Shown in pieces: positions 35,596 to 45,060 of a stretch of DNA of 64,000 bases (its first letter is position 1; each line of letters opens with the position of its first letter). Source of the DNA: Candidatus Giovannonibacteria bacterium RIFCSPHIGHO2_12_FULL_44_22 (lineage in GTDB: Bacteria; Patescibacteriota; Minisyncoccia; UBA11713; 2-01-FULL-45-33); assembly GCA_001778695.1 (NCBI GenBank), contig MFHU01000003.1, positions 1,521 to 65,520 of the forward strand, written 5' to 3'. The position numbers and the translations under genes are program-made. The notes under the pieces are model-generated. The model did no database searches and was not told the origin of the DNA. It worked only from the letters and a program-made list of their open reading frames with translations.

Positions 35596-37239
35596 CTAAC
35601 CCTCTACTTCAAGCCACATATTTTGCTTCCTGTCGTCAAACTGATATTTTAATTTACCCCGTAGTTTCTCGTATCTTTCCTTTTGCAATTCCTTTTTTGT
35701 ATTTTCTATAATCTGCAACATTCTTTGTGCTCTGGTATTAGAATCGTTTAGCGTTGTGTCGTTTTTGTCTTTAGGCAACCTTATTGATTCAAAAACAGAA
35801 GCAATAGTTCTATGTGCGCCAAATGGACTGCAAAGTATATCTAACAACCTATAATGTCTTGAATTTAGCCCGCCTATTTTTATTGGGGTTGCTTGTTTGT
35901 AAAACTTAAAATAACCCTGCCCATTTCTAGCTTCTGTATAGGGTTTAGGGTTGTCTTGCATTAAGACTTCGTCTGCGGCGGGTTTTGGTGATACCATCTC
36001 ACTCACGCTATGCAAAGGCGTAAATGCGTCAAATTGAAGGCGAAGTATATTTATTTTTAATAGAGCATTGTTTTCAAGCTTGAGCACAAATTTATAAATA
36101 AAATCGTCCAGTTGTAACCCCAATTTTTTGCCTTCCGTTTCAAGCCATTCGTTCAAGATTTCTGCTCTGTATTGTTCTGAATCTCTATTAAATTCCCCTG
36201 CCGCTACACCAAACTCTGCGTTTGATATATTTGGACTTTGTGAGCTTTGCGTCCCCTTACGCCTCAACTTGTCTATTTCATAAATTTCATCTCGCAATAT
36301 TACAATAAGTTTTTCTCCAACAATTCTGTTTACGGCGTTCACCATAATTTTAGCTTCTTCTTTATCAAATTCTGCCCTGTTTAGTGTTGATAATGGTATT
36401 TTAACAATGCATTGCAATTTACCGCAGTCAGCTAACTCTATTTGGTTATAAACCAATTCAACAAATTTTTTGATTTTTCTTAAGTTATCTTCAGAAAACC
36501 CGTCTAAATTTGCTTTATTTTTTACTCCGGCTATCATTCTGGTTTGCATTGCCTCGCCAGATTTTTTGGCGGCTGTATATTTTGCCGCTTCTTTCAACCA
36601 TTCTTGGTAGTCGTCTTTGCTGGCTGAGGCGGTCAATACACTATTTATATATTCAAAAAGTTTATTTGCGGTTTCCTTGCCGTTAATATCGTAATAAATA
36701 GGATTGAGAAATTCGGTGAGAACTACCGACAAGGGTTTTGCCCGCTTTCTCGCATAGGCGTGCCGAAACAACAAATCCGTAAGCGTGTAACTTCCCTCAT
36801 TAAGAAACAACGCAACATTATCAAATTGAGCAAATGCGACAACAGCCCTCAACCATTCGTCTTTGCTAAATAATTTTTCAATTTGTTTGGCAATAGAAAA
36901 AACCGCCTCTCTTGGTATAAACGGTGTTTGCCGCAACACATAGTGCTCCTTTAGGTATGCTACTTGCTTTTTGACCGCTTCTTGGTCAACCAGTAATGCG
37001 TCATAAGACATTTCGTGGGCTAGATTCCCATACTTATCCTCAATTTCTACTGGCTTGTCTTCCCAAACAAGCAGTTTCTCATATTCAAATTGCTCGCAAA
37101 TCTCCTTTGCTTCGTTGGCGGTCATATCAAATTGTTTTGCAAAAGCATCGGTTATGTCGGGGAGTTCATAGTAGCCATCCCGCAAAAGTTTTTCTGCGAA
37201 ATAAAGCATTTTTGTGCACGAGAGATAATCAATTTTCAT
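35596..37239 (-). CDS. Hypothetical protein, possible C-terminal winged helix
   Basis: 547-aa ORF divergent from the R-M operon. Confidence 0.7.
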   Translation of the reverse strand: MKIDYLSCTKMLYFAEKLLRDGYYELPDITDAFAKQFDMTANEAKEICEQFEYEKLLVWEDKPVEIEDKYGNLAHEMSYDALLVDQEAVKKQVAYLKEHYVLRQTPFIPREAVFSIAKQIEKLFSKDEWLRAVVAFAQFDNVALFLNEGSYTLTDLLFRHAYARKRAKPLSVVLTEFLNPIYYDINGKETANKLFEYINSVLTASASKDDYQEWLKEAAKYTAAKKSGEAMQTRMIAGVKNKANLDGFSEDNLRKIKKFVELVYNQIELADCGKLQCIVKIPLSTLNRAEFDKEEAKIMVNAVNRIVGEKLIVILRDEIYEIDKLRRKGTQSSQSPNISNAEFGVAAGEFNRDSEQYRAEILNEWLETEGKKLGLQLDDFIYKFVLKLENNALLKINILRLQFDAFTPLHSVSEMVSPKPAADEVLMQDNPKPYTEARNGQGYFKFYKQATPIKIGGLNSRHYRLLDILCSPFGAHRTIASVFESIRLPKDKNDTTLNDSNTRAQRMLQIIENTKKELQKERYEKLRGKLKYQFDDRKQNMWLEVEG

Positions 37240-37393
37240 AGTGATAGTAATTTAACAAACTAAGCCATTTTTCTCAATGTTGTCCCGAATTTTGAGCTAT
37301 TACTTCAATTTGCGCCCAAATAGTGATATTTTACATTTATACAATTAAATATGGTTATTGCCTAACCCTCGTGAATTAAAAACTCCGAGGTAT

Positions 37394-37544
37394 GGCAGAA
37401 AAACTGTTCAGGTATATTAAGCTCTTCGTCCAGAGCACCTGAACAGTCATATTCCGAAAGGAGTATGGGTGGCGAAAGCCATCGCTGGCGGAGAGCTTTG
37501 TGTTTTCCGCCAACAAGGCATAAATAAAACTGTTCAGGTATGCC
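37394..37544 (+). promoter_or_regulatory. Highly structured 5' leader of the type III methyltransferase
   Basis: 16-bp direct repeat AAAACTGTTCAGGTAT twice, its complement once, and two GAAA-tetraloop hairpins. Confidence 0.65.
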
Positions 37545-39147
37545 AAAAAAATTACAATTACAAGATTGGACAAAAGAGCAACTCGTTGATGAGGTTGCGC
37601 GACTTCGTAAACGCAAGAAATACGGCCTTGTCTGGGAAGATAAGCCGGAAGATGTTGTTGAGCAATGCAAGACGGAATTGCCGGTGCTCAAGGAAGTGAA
37701 GAATAAGGCGATTGCGAAAGACAAAAACGGCCCCGTGAACATTCTGATTGAGGGCGACAATTACCACGCTCTCTCGGTCCTTAATTACACGCATAAAGGC
37801 AAGATTGATGTCATCTACATTGACCCGCCGTATAACACTGGAAATAAAGATTTTATTTACAATGACAATTTTGTAGATGCGGAAGACCCATACCGACATA
37901 GCAAATGGCTTTCGTTTATAGAAAAGCGATTAAAATTGGCACATTCTCTATTAAAAAATAGTGGTGCGATATTTATTTCTATTGATGATAACGAGGTGAC
38001 GCAATTGAAATTATTATGTGATGAGATTTTTGGCAAGAGAAATTTTGTTGAATGTATATCTTGGGAAAAGAAATCATCTGCAAAAGGAGTGCCTCCAAAG
38101 AATATGATTGTAAATGTCCACGAGTATATTTTGGTCTATCAAAAATCAGATAAATTTTCATTCTTGGGCGAGCCGAGAAGTGAAGAAAGTTTTAGCAATC
38201 CAGACAATGACCCACGAGGGCCGTGGCGAAATACGAATATAAAAAGCACGGTAAAGGACAGGTCTCACGCATTTTTAATCACCGACCCAAAAACTGGCAA
38301 TGTTTTTACTGACACTTGGGCGTTTAGCAAAAATGAGCTTGAAAGATTGATAAAAGAAAGGTATTTAATTTTCCCAAAAAATAAAAACGGCCAAGTAAGA
38401 GCAAAAGAATTTTACAATGAATTTAAAAATGCAAACATTCCGATAAAATCATCTTGGGGTTTGTTTGATAATCAAAAAAATACCGAGATGTTAAAAAAAA
38501 TTCTCGGCGATATAGTTTTCTTAAATCCCAAGCCGTTAGATTTGATAATTTATTTACTGAAAAGCGCGGCCAGCAAGGATGCTGTTGTTTTGGATTTTTT
38601 TGCTGGTTCGGGGACAACTGTTCACGCTTTATTAGTGGTTAATAGGCAGGATAAGGGTAAGCGTAAGTTTATTCTTTGCACTAACAATGAAAATAATATC
38701 GCAACCGATGTTTGCTATCCAAGAATAAAAGCAGTGATTGACGGGCATAAAGATTATCGGGACATTACAGGAATACCAAGCAATCTCAAATACTTCCGCA
38801 CAGCGTTTGTCGGCGCAGAGCCGAATGATAAAAACAAAGAAGCGTTGACCAAGCAAGCAACCGAAATGCTCTGTATGCGCGAAGATACCTTTGAGTCGGT
38901 AAAAGAGACAGGTGCGGTAAAGATTTTCAAAAACCCAAAACAGCATACGGGCATTGTTTTTGACGAGGATGCTATCCCCGCACTCAAAAAAGAAATTTCC
39001 AAGATTGGCGGCGTATGGAGCGTGTATATCTTCTCTCTTGGTGATGACACTTTTGAGGACGAGTTTGAGGATATGAAAGAGAAAATAACTGTTGCGCCGA
39101 TACCCGAAGCGATTTTGCGGGTCTATCGGCGTTTATTCAAACCATAA
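37540..39147 (+). CDS. mod: Type III R-M adenine methyltransferase (Mod subunit)
   Basis: YGLVWE, IEGDN, IYIDPPYNTG, PKP and LDFFAGSGTT motifs. Confidence 0.93.
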   Translation: MPKKLQLQDWTKEQLVDEVARLRKRKKYGLVWEDKPEDVVEQCKTELPVLKEVKNKAIAKDKNGPVNILIEGDNYHALSVLNYTHKGKIDVIYIDPPYNTGNKDFIYNDNFVDAEDPYRHSKWLSFIEKRLKLAHSLLKNSGAIFISIDDNEVTQLKLLCDEIFGKRNFVECISWEKKSSAKGVPPKNMIVNVHEYILVYQKSDKFSFLGEPRSEESFSNPDNDPRGPWRNTNIKSTVKDRSHAFLITDPKTGNVFTDTWAFSKNELERLIKERYLIFPKNKNGQVRAKEFYNEFKNANIPIKSSWGLFDNQKNTEMLKKILGDIVFLNPKPLDLIIYLLKSAASKDAVVLDFFAGSGTTVHALLVVNRQDKGKRKFILCTNNENNIATDVCYPRIKAVIDGHKDYRDITGIPSNLKYFRTAFVGAEPNDKNKEALTKQATEMLCMREDTFESVKETGAVKIFKNPKQHTGIVFDEDAIPALKKEISKIGGVWSVYIFSLGDDTFEDEFEDMKEKITVAPIPEAILRVYRRLFKP

Positions 39148-39148
39148 T

Positions 39149-41398
39149 ATGGCTTTTCAACTTACAAAATATCAAGACAAAGCGGCCCGCGAACTTCTGA
39201 TTAAATCAGAAGAACTTTTGAGCACTGGCAATCCCAAGACACTTGTCTTTAAGGCACCAACTGGCTCTGGAAAAACAATAATTATAGCAGAGTTTTTGAC
39301 ACGATTTTCGGATGACCACGACCATTCGCCTTGTGCGTTTATATGGGCCGCTCCTCACAAATTGCACGAGCAGAGCAAGGAGAAACTTGAGCAGTATTTT
39401 GAAAACACGCGAGCAATGGAATGTTCGTTTTTTGAGGATTTGGACGACCGGCAAATCGGCGAAAACGAAATCTTATTTTTTAACTGGGAGAGCATCCGGC
39501 GCGAAGACCTTATTTATATCCGAGAAAACGAACAGGACAATAACCTTTCAAGCGTTCTTGAACGAACACACAAAGCTGGACGAAAAATTATTTTAATTAT
39601 TGATGAAAGCCATCTCCACGCACCTGCCGAAACTTCTCAAAATCTCAAAAACGATATTGCGCCTGACCTGATTATAGAAACATCCGCAACCCCAACCCTT
39701 CCCGGAGACGATAATGTTACGGTGCAAATTGAAGCTGTTAAAGCGGAAGAAATGATAAAGAAAGCAGTGATACTCAATGAGGATTTCAAAAGCGTGGTGC
39801 GCCGTGGCCGCACCGAAACCATAAAGAGCGAGCTTGCCGGTAGTACCGATGATACTGTTTTGCGAGAAGCGTTGAAGAAGCGCGAGGAGCTTGTCCGAGC
39901 ATATAAAGCAGAAGGTGTTGCCGTAAATCCATTACTTCTTATCCAGTTGCCGAACCGTATTGGTCAGGCGGAGGAAGACCGCCAAACAATAATTGTACGG
40001 ACTCTCAATGATAAGCACGGCATCAGTGTTGAAAATGGCAAACTTGCCTTCTATATTTCAGAAAATAAAGAGAACTCTGAAAATATCTCTCGGAATGATA
40101 ACGAAGCCGAGGTTTTGATATTCAAGCAGGCCGTTGCACACGGCTGGGATTGCCCGCGAGCGCATATACTTGTGCTCTTTCGTGAGTGGCATAGCCCTGT
40201 GTTTTCCATTCAAACGCTCGGCCGGATTATGAGAGTGTCGGAGCCGGAGCACGGGTATTACGATAACGACATACTCAATTTTGCTTATGTTTATACGAAC
40301 ATTGACGACATTGTAATTCAAGAGGACATCGGTGGCGGATATGTAGTGATACATACCAGCAAACGAATTGCGAAATACAAGTCGGTTGAATTGCCATCGG
40401 TTCACCGCAAACGGCATCGTGAGCAGACGCGCTTGAGCCCGCTTTTTACACGGCTATTTCTTATGGAAGCGCAAAAATATACAAGCAAGGATAAAAAGAA
40501 AAAGGGCCTTGAAAAGATAATAAAACCCAAAGGCCAGCGTGTTCAGCAGGCGTTTATTTCTGACTGGAAAGCAGAAAACATAGATACTATTGCAGGCGAG
40601 CGCATACAAGCAGATGTGCAGATTGAAAGAGCAAGCGATATGGACCTTCAAAGGTTGTTTGATTATTTTGTGCGCAAAAATCTCTCTCCGTTTCACCCCG
40701 AAGACCGGTCCGTGGGCCGTCTGAAAGAGTCAATCTATAAGTTTTTTGATAAAGAGATGAGAATGACGAGGGCCGAGCATTTCCGGGATATCATAAACAT
40801 TGTCTTGAGCGAAGATAACCGGCCGCATTTTGAGGCAGTGATAGATAGTGCCAAACGCGCCTATATTGCGACAGCAGAGAAACGAGAGAAAGAAATAGTG
40901 GAAGATGTTTGGGAAGTGCCGGAGCGTGTCGCTTTCGGAAAAGGATATGTTGAAGCAAAACCAAAAAAGAAAAAATCCGTAATGAAGCCGTTTTTTTCTG
41001 ACGAACGCTGGCAATCTGAAAAAGCATTTATTGACTTTTTGGATAAGCCGCGAAATGATGTATCGTGGTGGTTCAAAAATGGAGACCGAGATGCGACTTT
41101 CTTCGCCGTGCAGTATAAAGATGGCAATGACTCGGCCCCGTTTTATGTTGATTTCGTGGTTATGATGAAAGACGGGAGTATCGGGCTATTTGACCCACAC
41201 GGGCTTCATCTGGCCGATTTTGGTGCGAAATCAGATGGTCTGCGAGCATACATAGCCCACTTGAAGAAAAAGGGCCGCAAGGTATCCGGTGGTATTATTG
41301 CGAATACCAAACCCGATTATACCGGCCAGTGGATGGTCTATGAAGGCAACGGAAAAAACGCGCGAGAGGGCAACTGGGATAACTGGAAACAACTTTAA
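39149..41398 (+). CDS. res: Type III R-M restriction subunit (SF2 helicase-like ATPase plus nuclease)
   Basis: APTGSGKT, IIDESH, GWDCP, QTLGRIMR and FYVDF..LFDPHG motifs; starts 1 nt after the mod stop. Confidence 0.92.
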   Translation: MAFQLTKYQDKAARELLIKSEELLSTGNPKTLVFKAPTGSGKTIIIAEFLTRFSDDHDHSPCAFIWAAPHKLHEQSKEKLEQYFENTRAMECSFFEDLDDRQIGENEILFFNWESIRREDLIYIRENEQDNNLSSVLERTHKAGRKIILIIDESHLHAPAETSQNLKNDIAPDLIIETSATPTLPGDDNVTVQIEAVKAEEMIKKAVILNEDFKSVVRRGRTETIKSELAGSTDDTVLREALKKREELVRAYKAEGVAVNPLLLIQLPNRIGQAEEDRQTIIVRTLNDKHGISVENGKLAFYISENKENSENISRNDNEAEVLIFKQAVAHGWDCPRAHILVLFREWHSPVFSIQTLGRIMRVSEPEHGYYDNDILNFAYVYTNIDDIVIQEDIGGGYVVIHTSKRIAKYKSVELPSVHRKRHREQTRLSPLFTRLFLMEAQKYTSKDKKKKGLEKIIKPKGQRVQQAFISDWKAENIDTIAGERIQADVQIERASDMDLQRLFDYFVRKNLSPFHPEDRSVGRLKESIYKFFDKEMRMTRAEHFRDIINIVLSEDNRPHFEAVIDSAKRAYIATAEKREKEIVEDVWEVPERVAFGKGYVEAKPKKKKSVMKPFFSDERWQSEKAFIDFLDKPRNDVSWWFKNGDRDATFFAVQYKDGNDSAPFYVDFVVMMKDGSIGLFDPHGLHLADFGAKSDGLRAYIAHLKKKGRKVSGGIIANTKPDYTGQWMVYEGNGKNAREGNWDNWKQL

Positions 41399-41406
41399 CT
41401 TTGAAT

Positions 41407-41586
41407 ATGGCAACATTTGGTAGCGGGACGCCGGAGAGCCCGGACAACAAATCTATAAGAGCCCAGCTTGAGGAGCTCAAGAAGCTCAACTCATCTACTG
41501 CTTCTTACAACAAGCTCATCATTGGCATAGCGTTGTCCACGCTTATCGTGAGCATTGTCGGCGTGATAATTGCGCTATGGAAATAA
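41407..41586 (+). CDS. Small membrane protein
   Basis: Coiled coil followed by a C-terminal TM helix. Confidence 0.6.
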   Translation: MATFGSGTPESPDNKSIRAQLEELKKLNSSTASYNKLIIGIALSTLIVSIVGVIIALWK

Positions 41587-42098
41587 ACAAAGAAACAATA
41601 AAAGAGTATGCCAATAGATACGATAGGCGTAGTAAGGGAACAGATGATGAGATTGCGGCAAATGAAATAACGAAATGGTTTAAGACGCATAGGTATTTGG
41701 ACAAGGAAAGATTTATGAGAGTTGCGCTTTGGAAGTCAAAAAGACCACAAAGGCATTACGCAAGCAATGACAATGCGATTGTTAAAGAAATCACCCAGTT
41801 TAGTTTGGCAACGAAAAACGAGGAGGTAAGATTAAAAGTCCTTTTTGCCATCAACGGCGTGTCATATCCTATCGCCTCGGTCATTCTTCACTTCGCATTT
41901 CCAGATAAATACCCGATATTGGATTTCAGAGTGATATGGTCTCTCGGTATAAAACAGCCCAAAAGCTATAATTTTGCTTTTTGGCAAAAGTATTGTGATA
42001 ATGTAAGGGATATTTCAAAAGAAATGGGCGAAAGCATAAGAACGGTGGATAAAGCTCTATGGGAGTATTCAAAAGAGCATCAAACTAAAGAGAAATAA
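41577..42098 (+). CDS. HhH-GPD/DNA-glycosylase-like hypothetical protein
   Basis: WKS, INGVSYPIASVILHF..P..YPILDFRV and RTVDKALW motifs. Confidence 0.6.
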   Translation: MEINKETIKEYANRYDRRSKGTDDEIAANEITKWFKTHRYLDKERFMRVALWKSKRPQRHYASNDNAIVKEITQFSLATKNEEVRLKVLFAINGVSYPIASVILHFAFPDKYPILDFRVIWSLGIKQPKSYNFAFWQKYCDNVRDISKEMGESIRTVDKALWEYSKEHQTKEK

Positions 42099-42266
42099 TG
42101 ATGTAATCACTTTGCATTTCTTCCCAATAGTAATTGAAGATATATATTTAGATTGGGAATCAAAAATAAAAGAAGATGGGACTATTGAAGTTTTGCTCAC
42201 CAATTTTTATAAGCCATAAATAACACAATTAGTGCGAGATGGTAAATGGTATAGTATGTTAGAAAT

Positions 42267-42710
42267 ATGACCAAATTATTAAAGGAGCAATTTGTTCAGG
42301 ATTGTATTTCTAACTATTTATCAAAACTCGGCTACCACAAACAAGAGCCGAAAGGATTAAGAGAGCACGGAGTTGATATAAAAGTTAAGCATAAAAATTT
42401 CGGCAGGTATTATTTGGTTGAGGTTAAGGGAGACCCCGGTAAAGACGTAAAATCACCGGGCGGTAGCAGGAATAGCTGTATGAACTCGGCAATCGGGCAA
42501 ATTATTACCAGAATGCATACCAACCGCAAAAGGGGCTATAAATATGGTTACAAATACGGCATCGGTTTCCCGATTTCTTTTAAGGAAAGAGTTATTAACA
42601 AAATACCCTACGATGTCTGCGACAAACTAAATCTTAATTTGTTTTTTGTTCACCCGTCTGGGGTAGTTGAAGCATATAATGATAAAAAATTAAAAGCATT
42701 ACAAAAATGA
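42267..42710 (+). CDS. PD-(D/E)XK nuclease-like protein
   Basis: E..VQ, GVDI...LVEVKG, AIGQI. Confidence 0.7.
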   Translation: MTKLLKEQFVQDCISNYLSKLGYHKQEPKGLREHGVDIKVKHKNFGRYYLVEVKGDPGKDVKSPGGSRNSCMNSAIGQIITRMHTNRKRGYKYGYKYGIGFPISFKERVINKIPYDVCDKLNLNLFFVHPSGVVEAYNDKKLKALQK

Positions 42711-42988
42711 TTTCCAATTCAAACGAAGAAAAATCAGCGAAGAAAACCGATGATTTTAAGTTGAGCGATTTGTGTAAGTGCGGACATACATACGGCTCGC
42801 ATCCCTTCCTAAAAATACGCACCGAAGGCTTTCCAATGCCGCCCGCTTATTCTTGCATTAGTTGTAAATGCCAAAAATTTGAACTAAGTAGCAAGTATAT
42901 TACCGAAGACCGGAAACAAGAACTGCAACAGCTATTAGTAAATGCCGTGAAAGAAAAGCTAAGGAACAAGAGTGAAAATAACGAGTAG
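42707..42988 (+). CDS. Small Cys/His-rich hypothetical protein
   Basis: CKCGH..SH...CISCKC. Confidence 0.55.
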   Translation: MISNSNEEKSAKKTDDFKLSDLCKCGHTYGSHPFLKIRTEGFPMPPAYSCISCKCQKFELSSKYITEDRKQELQQLLVNAVKEKLRNKSENNE

Positions 42989-43027
42989 CGGTAGAAAAAC
43001 TTTTTAGAACAAGTTAGATTTGGCTAT

Positions 43028-43225
43028 ATGAAAACAATCAAAGAAATATCGGAAAAGTGGGTTAAAAACTCACTTCGGGCATATCTTGAGGGCGAAAAAG
43101 ACCTCAAGTGGATTCAAGGCATTTTACGAGGAATGAGCAAGAACGAAGTAATGGGGCTTTTAAGCTCTCTACAATATGGCTTACCGGAGAGGCGCAATGA
43201 ATTGAATCAATGGCTCAATACTTAG
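43028..43225 (+). CDS. Hypothetical protein
   Basis: 65-aa ORF in a co-oriented array. Confidence 0.55.
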   Translation: MKTIKEISEKWVKNSLRAYLEGEKDLKWIQGILRGMSKNEVMGLLSSLQYGLPERRNELNQWLNT

Positions 43226-43237
43226 TTAAGATAATTT

Positions 43238-43510
43238 ATGTTTTTCAAAAGCAGATTAAAGGAAATAGAAGAGGAAATTCTGAGAAAACGGAATGGTATT
43301 TTTGGGGATGGCACTGTCAATTTTGGCAATTCTTTTAATGCACGAAAAACAGAAATTGAGGCACAGGTTGCGATTTTAGAAGCGGAAAGACGTTTCATTA
43401 TAGATAGGAGAAATGGTTGGAAACCGAAAGTTATTTGGGATGTGCTTGTCCCAATTGTCGTAGCTGTGGCAACTGCTTATATCGTGGCCACTTTCGTCTC
43501 CGGGGCTTAA
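43238..43510 (+). CDS. Hypothetical membrane protein
   Basis: C-terminal TM helix. Confidence 0.6.
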   Translation: MFFKSRLKEIEEEILRKRNGIFGDGTVNFGNSFNARKTEIEAQVAILEAERRFIIDRRNGWKPKVIWDVLVPIVVAVATAYIVATFVSGA

Positions 43511-43516
43511 TAGTTT

Positions 43517-43684
43517 ATGACCAAACATTACGACAAAGAAACGAGCGAAGAAATAGACGAAAATATCCACGAGCTGATGGAAAGCCACAATTTAGACAAA
43601 GATGAAGCGGAAAAAGTCCAAGAAATTATGGACGATTACGACTTGGACGAAAGCGATGCCGTTGAACTCAAAGATGACTTATAA
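43517..43684 (+). CDS. Very acidic 55-aa protein
   Basis: Below the ORF-track cut-off; MTKHYDKETSEEIDENIHELMESHNLDKDEAEKVQEIMDDYDLDESDAVELKDDL fills the gap exactly. Confidence 0.7.
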   Translation: MTKHYDKETSEEIDENIHELMESHNLDKDEAEKVQEIMDDYDLDESDAVELKDDL

Positions 43685-43689
43685 AATTT

Positions 43690-43965
43690 ATGTTAAATTT
43701 CAGCCCCAAAAAATGCCTTTGTAATGTTGCCGATTGCGGCAAATGTTTAACTCTGGGGTGCACAAATGATAGCTGTAGCACTCATCGCATAGTAACTAAA
43801 TGGCGATACAGAAAACACCTTTTGGAAAGTTTAACAAACAAGATTGAAAAAATGCGTGACAGCAAACCTGAAAAAGAATTGGCGACTTTACGAAAAGATA
43901 TAAAAACTTGCAAAGAAGAAGTTAAAAGGTTGGGCGAGGTTATGGGTATGAAAAATAATGAGTAG
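43690..43965 (+). CDS. Small Cys-rich hypothetical protein
   Basis: CLC...CGKC...C....C..H followed by a coiled coil. Confidence 0.6.
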   Translation: MLNFSPKKCLCNVADCGKCLTLGCTNDSCSTHRIVTKWRYRKHLLESLTNKIEKMRDSKPEKELATLRKDIKTCKEEVKRLGEVMGMKNNE

Positions 43966-44015
43966 CGGGATGAGGCTGAGTAGTAAAAATTACAAAAACC
44001 TGATATTTATTAAAT

Positions 44016-44612
44016 ATGCCTTTGGACAATTCTCAAAATCAAGCAACAAACGCAATCTATGTCTTTATTGACGCATCCAATTTGTGGGAGGCATTCAAGG
44101 CGAAGGGTAGATTTTTAGATTTTGAGAAGACGACAAAGTATATTAAAGAAAAGTTTAGCGGAACATCTATAAAAGCTTTTTACTATACGGCTTATCCAGC
44201 AGAGGGCACAAGAAATTACAGTTTGGACGGCAAACATAAATTTTTTACATACCTAAAAAAGGCATTGGGATTCGCAGTTATAAAGAAGGAGCTGAAAAGA
44301 ATCAGTGTAATAAATGAGCACGGCGAAGCAATAGAAGAAAAAGGCAATATGGATGTAGAGATGACCATAGATGCTATGCTTCATTTCAAAAAATATGACA
44401 CGGCGATTTTCTTTACTGGAGATTCCGATTTTCTGGCACTTGTAACATATTTGAAAAATCACGGGAAAAAAGTTTTTATATTTTCTTCAGAAAACAATGT
44501 GTCGCAGGAGTTGAGAACTGGCGCAAATGGCTATACCGATATTCTGGATGTTGATGGTGTCTGGGGCAAAGAGTTGAAACACAGAGCCGAATTAGAAAAG
44601 GAGGGTAGATAA
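44016..44612 (+). CDS. NYN-domain (LabA/DUF88, PIN-like) protein
   Basis: FIDASN, KGNMDVEMTID, TGDSDF and SQEL motifs. Confidence 0.92.
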   Translation: MPLDNSQNQATNAIYVFIDASNLWEAFKAKGRFLDFEKTTKYIKEKFSGTSIKAFYYTAYPAEGTRNYSLDGKHKFFTYLKKALGFAVIKKELKRISVINEHGEAIEEKGNMDVEMTIDAMLHFKKYDTAIFFTGDSDFLALVTYLKNHGKKVFIFSSENNVSQELRTGANGYTDILDVDGVWGKELKHRAELEKEGR

Positions 44613-44639
44613 AAAGCAACCCTCCTCGCGGAGGGTTGC
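44611..44639 (-). terminator. Intrinsic terminator with its U-tract on the minus strand
   Basis: AAAAA-GCAACCCTCC-TCGC-GGAGGGTTGC, perfect 10-bp stem. Confidence 0.7.
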
Positions 44640-45060
44640 CCTTGGATGTTATACCCTTTCAGTTATGACTAACCGAAAGACAATATTAGTGTAGCAAATC
44701 AGCATACCCCGTCAATAACAAGTATTGGGTATAAATAGTGAATAGCGGGGGCGGGGTAAGTTTATGCGTTGGAGTAAGTTCTTAAATCCGGCACATAAAT
44801 ATATTCCTTTTGTCTTGCTATAATAGTTCTAACGTCCTCTACAATGCGACCCAAAATTATAAAAACAAAATTTCTAAATAAAAAAGGGCCCCGCGCGTGA
44901 AAGCGAAGGGCCTCAAAAGATGATAAACATAGCAAAGATAATTTTTTAATCGCAAGTCAGGATTATTAGTCCGACTAAAGTCTTTCGACTTCCCGCAAGG
45001 TTTGATCTTATCTCCCCCGGGGCCAATTAATATTTTATATTTGCCAGTTTTGTTTGGAAA

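Larger units (their letters stand above)
32258..44852. mobile_element. Integrative element in tRNA-His (serine recombinase, Rep-like gene, type III R-M, cargo)
   Basis: ACCC core at 32258-32261 and 44849-44852; joining the ends restores a longer recombinase ORF; defence-type cargo in between. Confidence 0.82.

Noticed and set aside
41398-44612. Integron-like cassette array
   Set aside because: Most gaps are too short and no repeated attC-type palindromes are visible.
44966-44991. TTAGTCCGACTAA as a further family-B copy
   Set aside because: Only the GTCCGAC core matches; it could be chance, so it was not counted.
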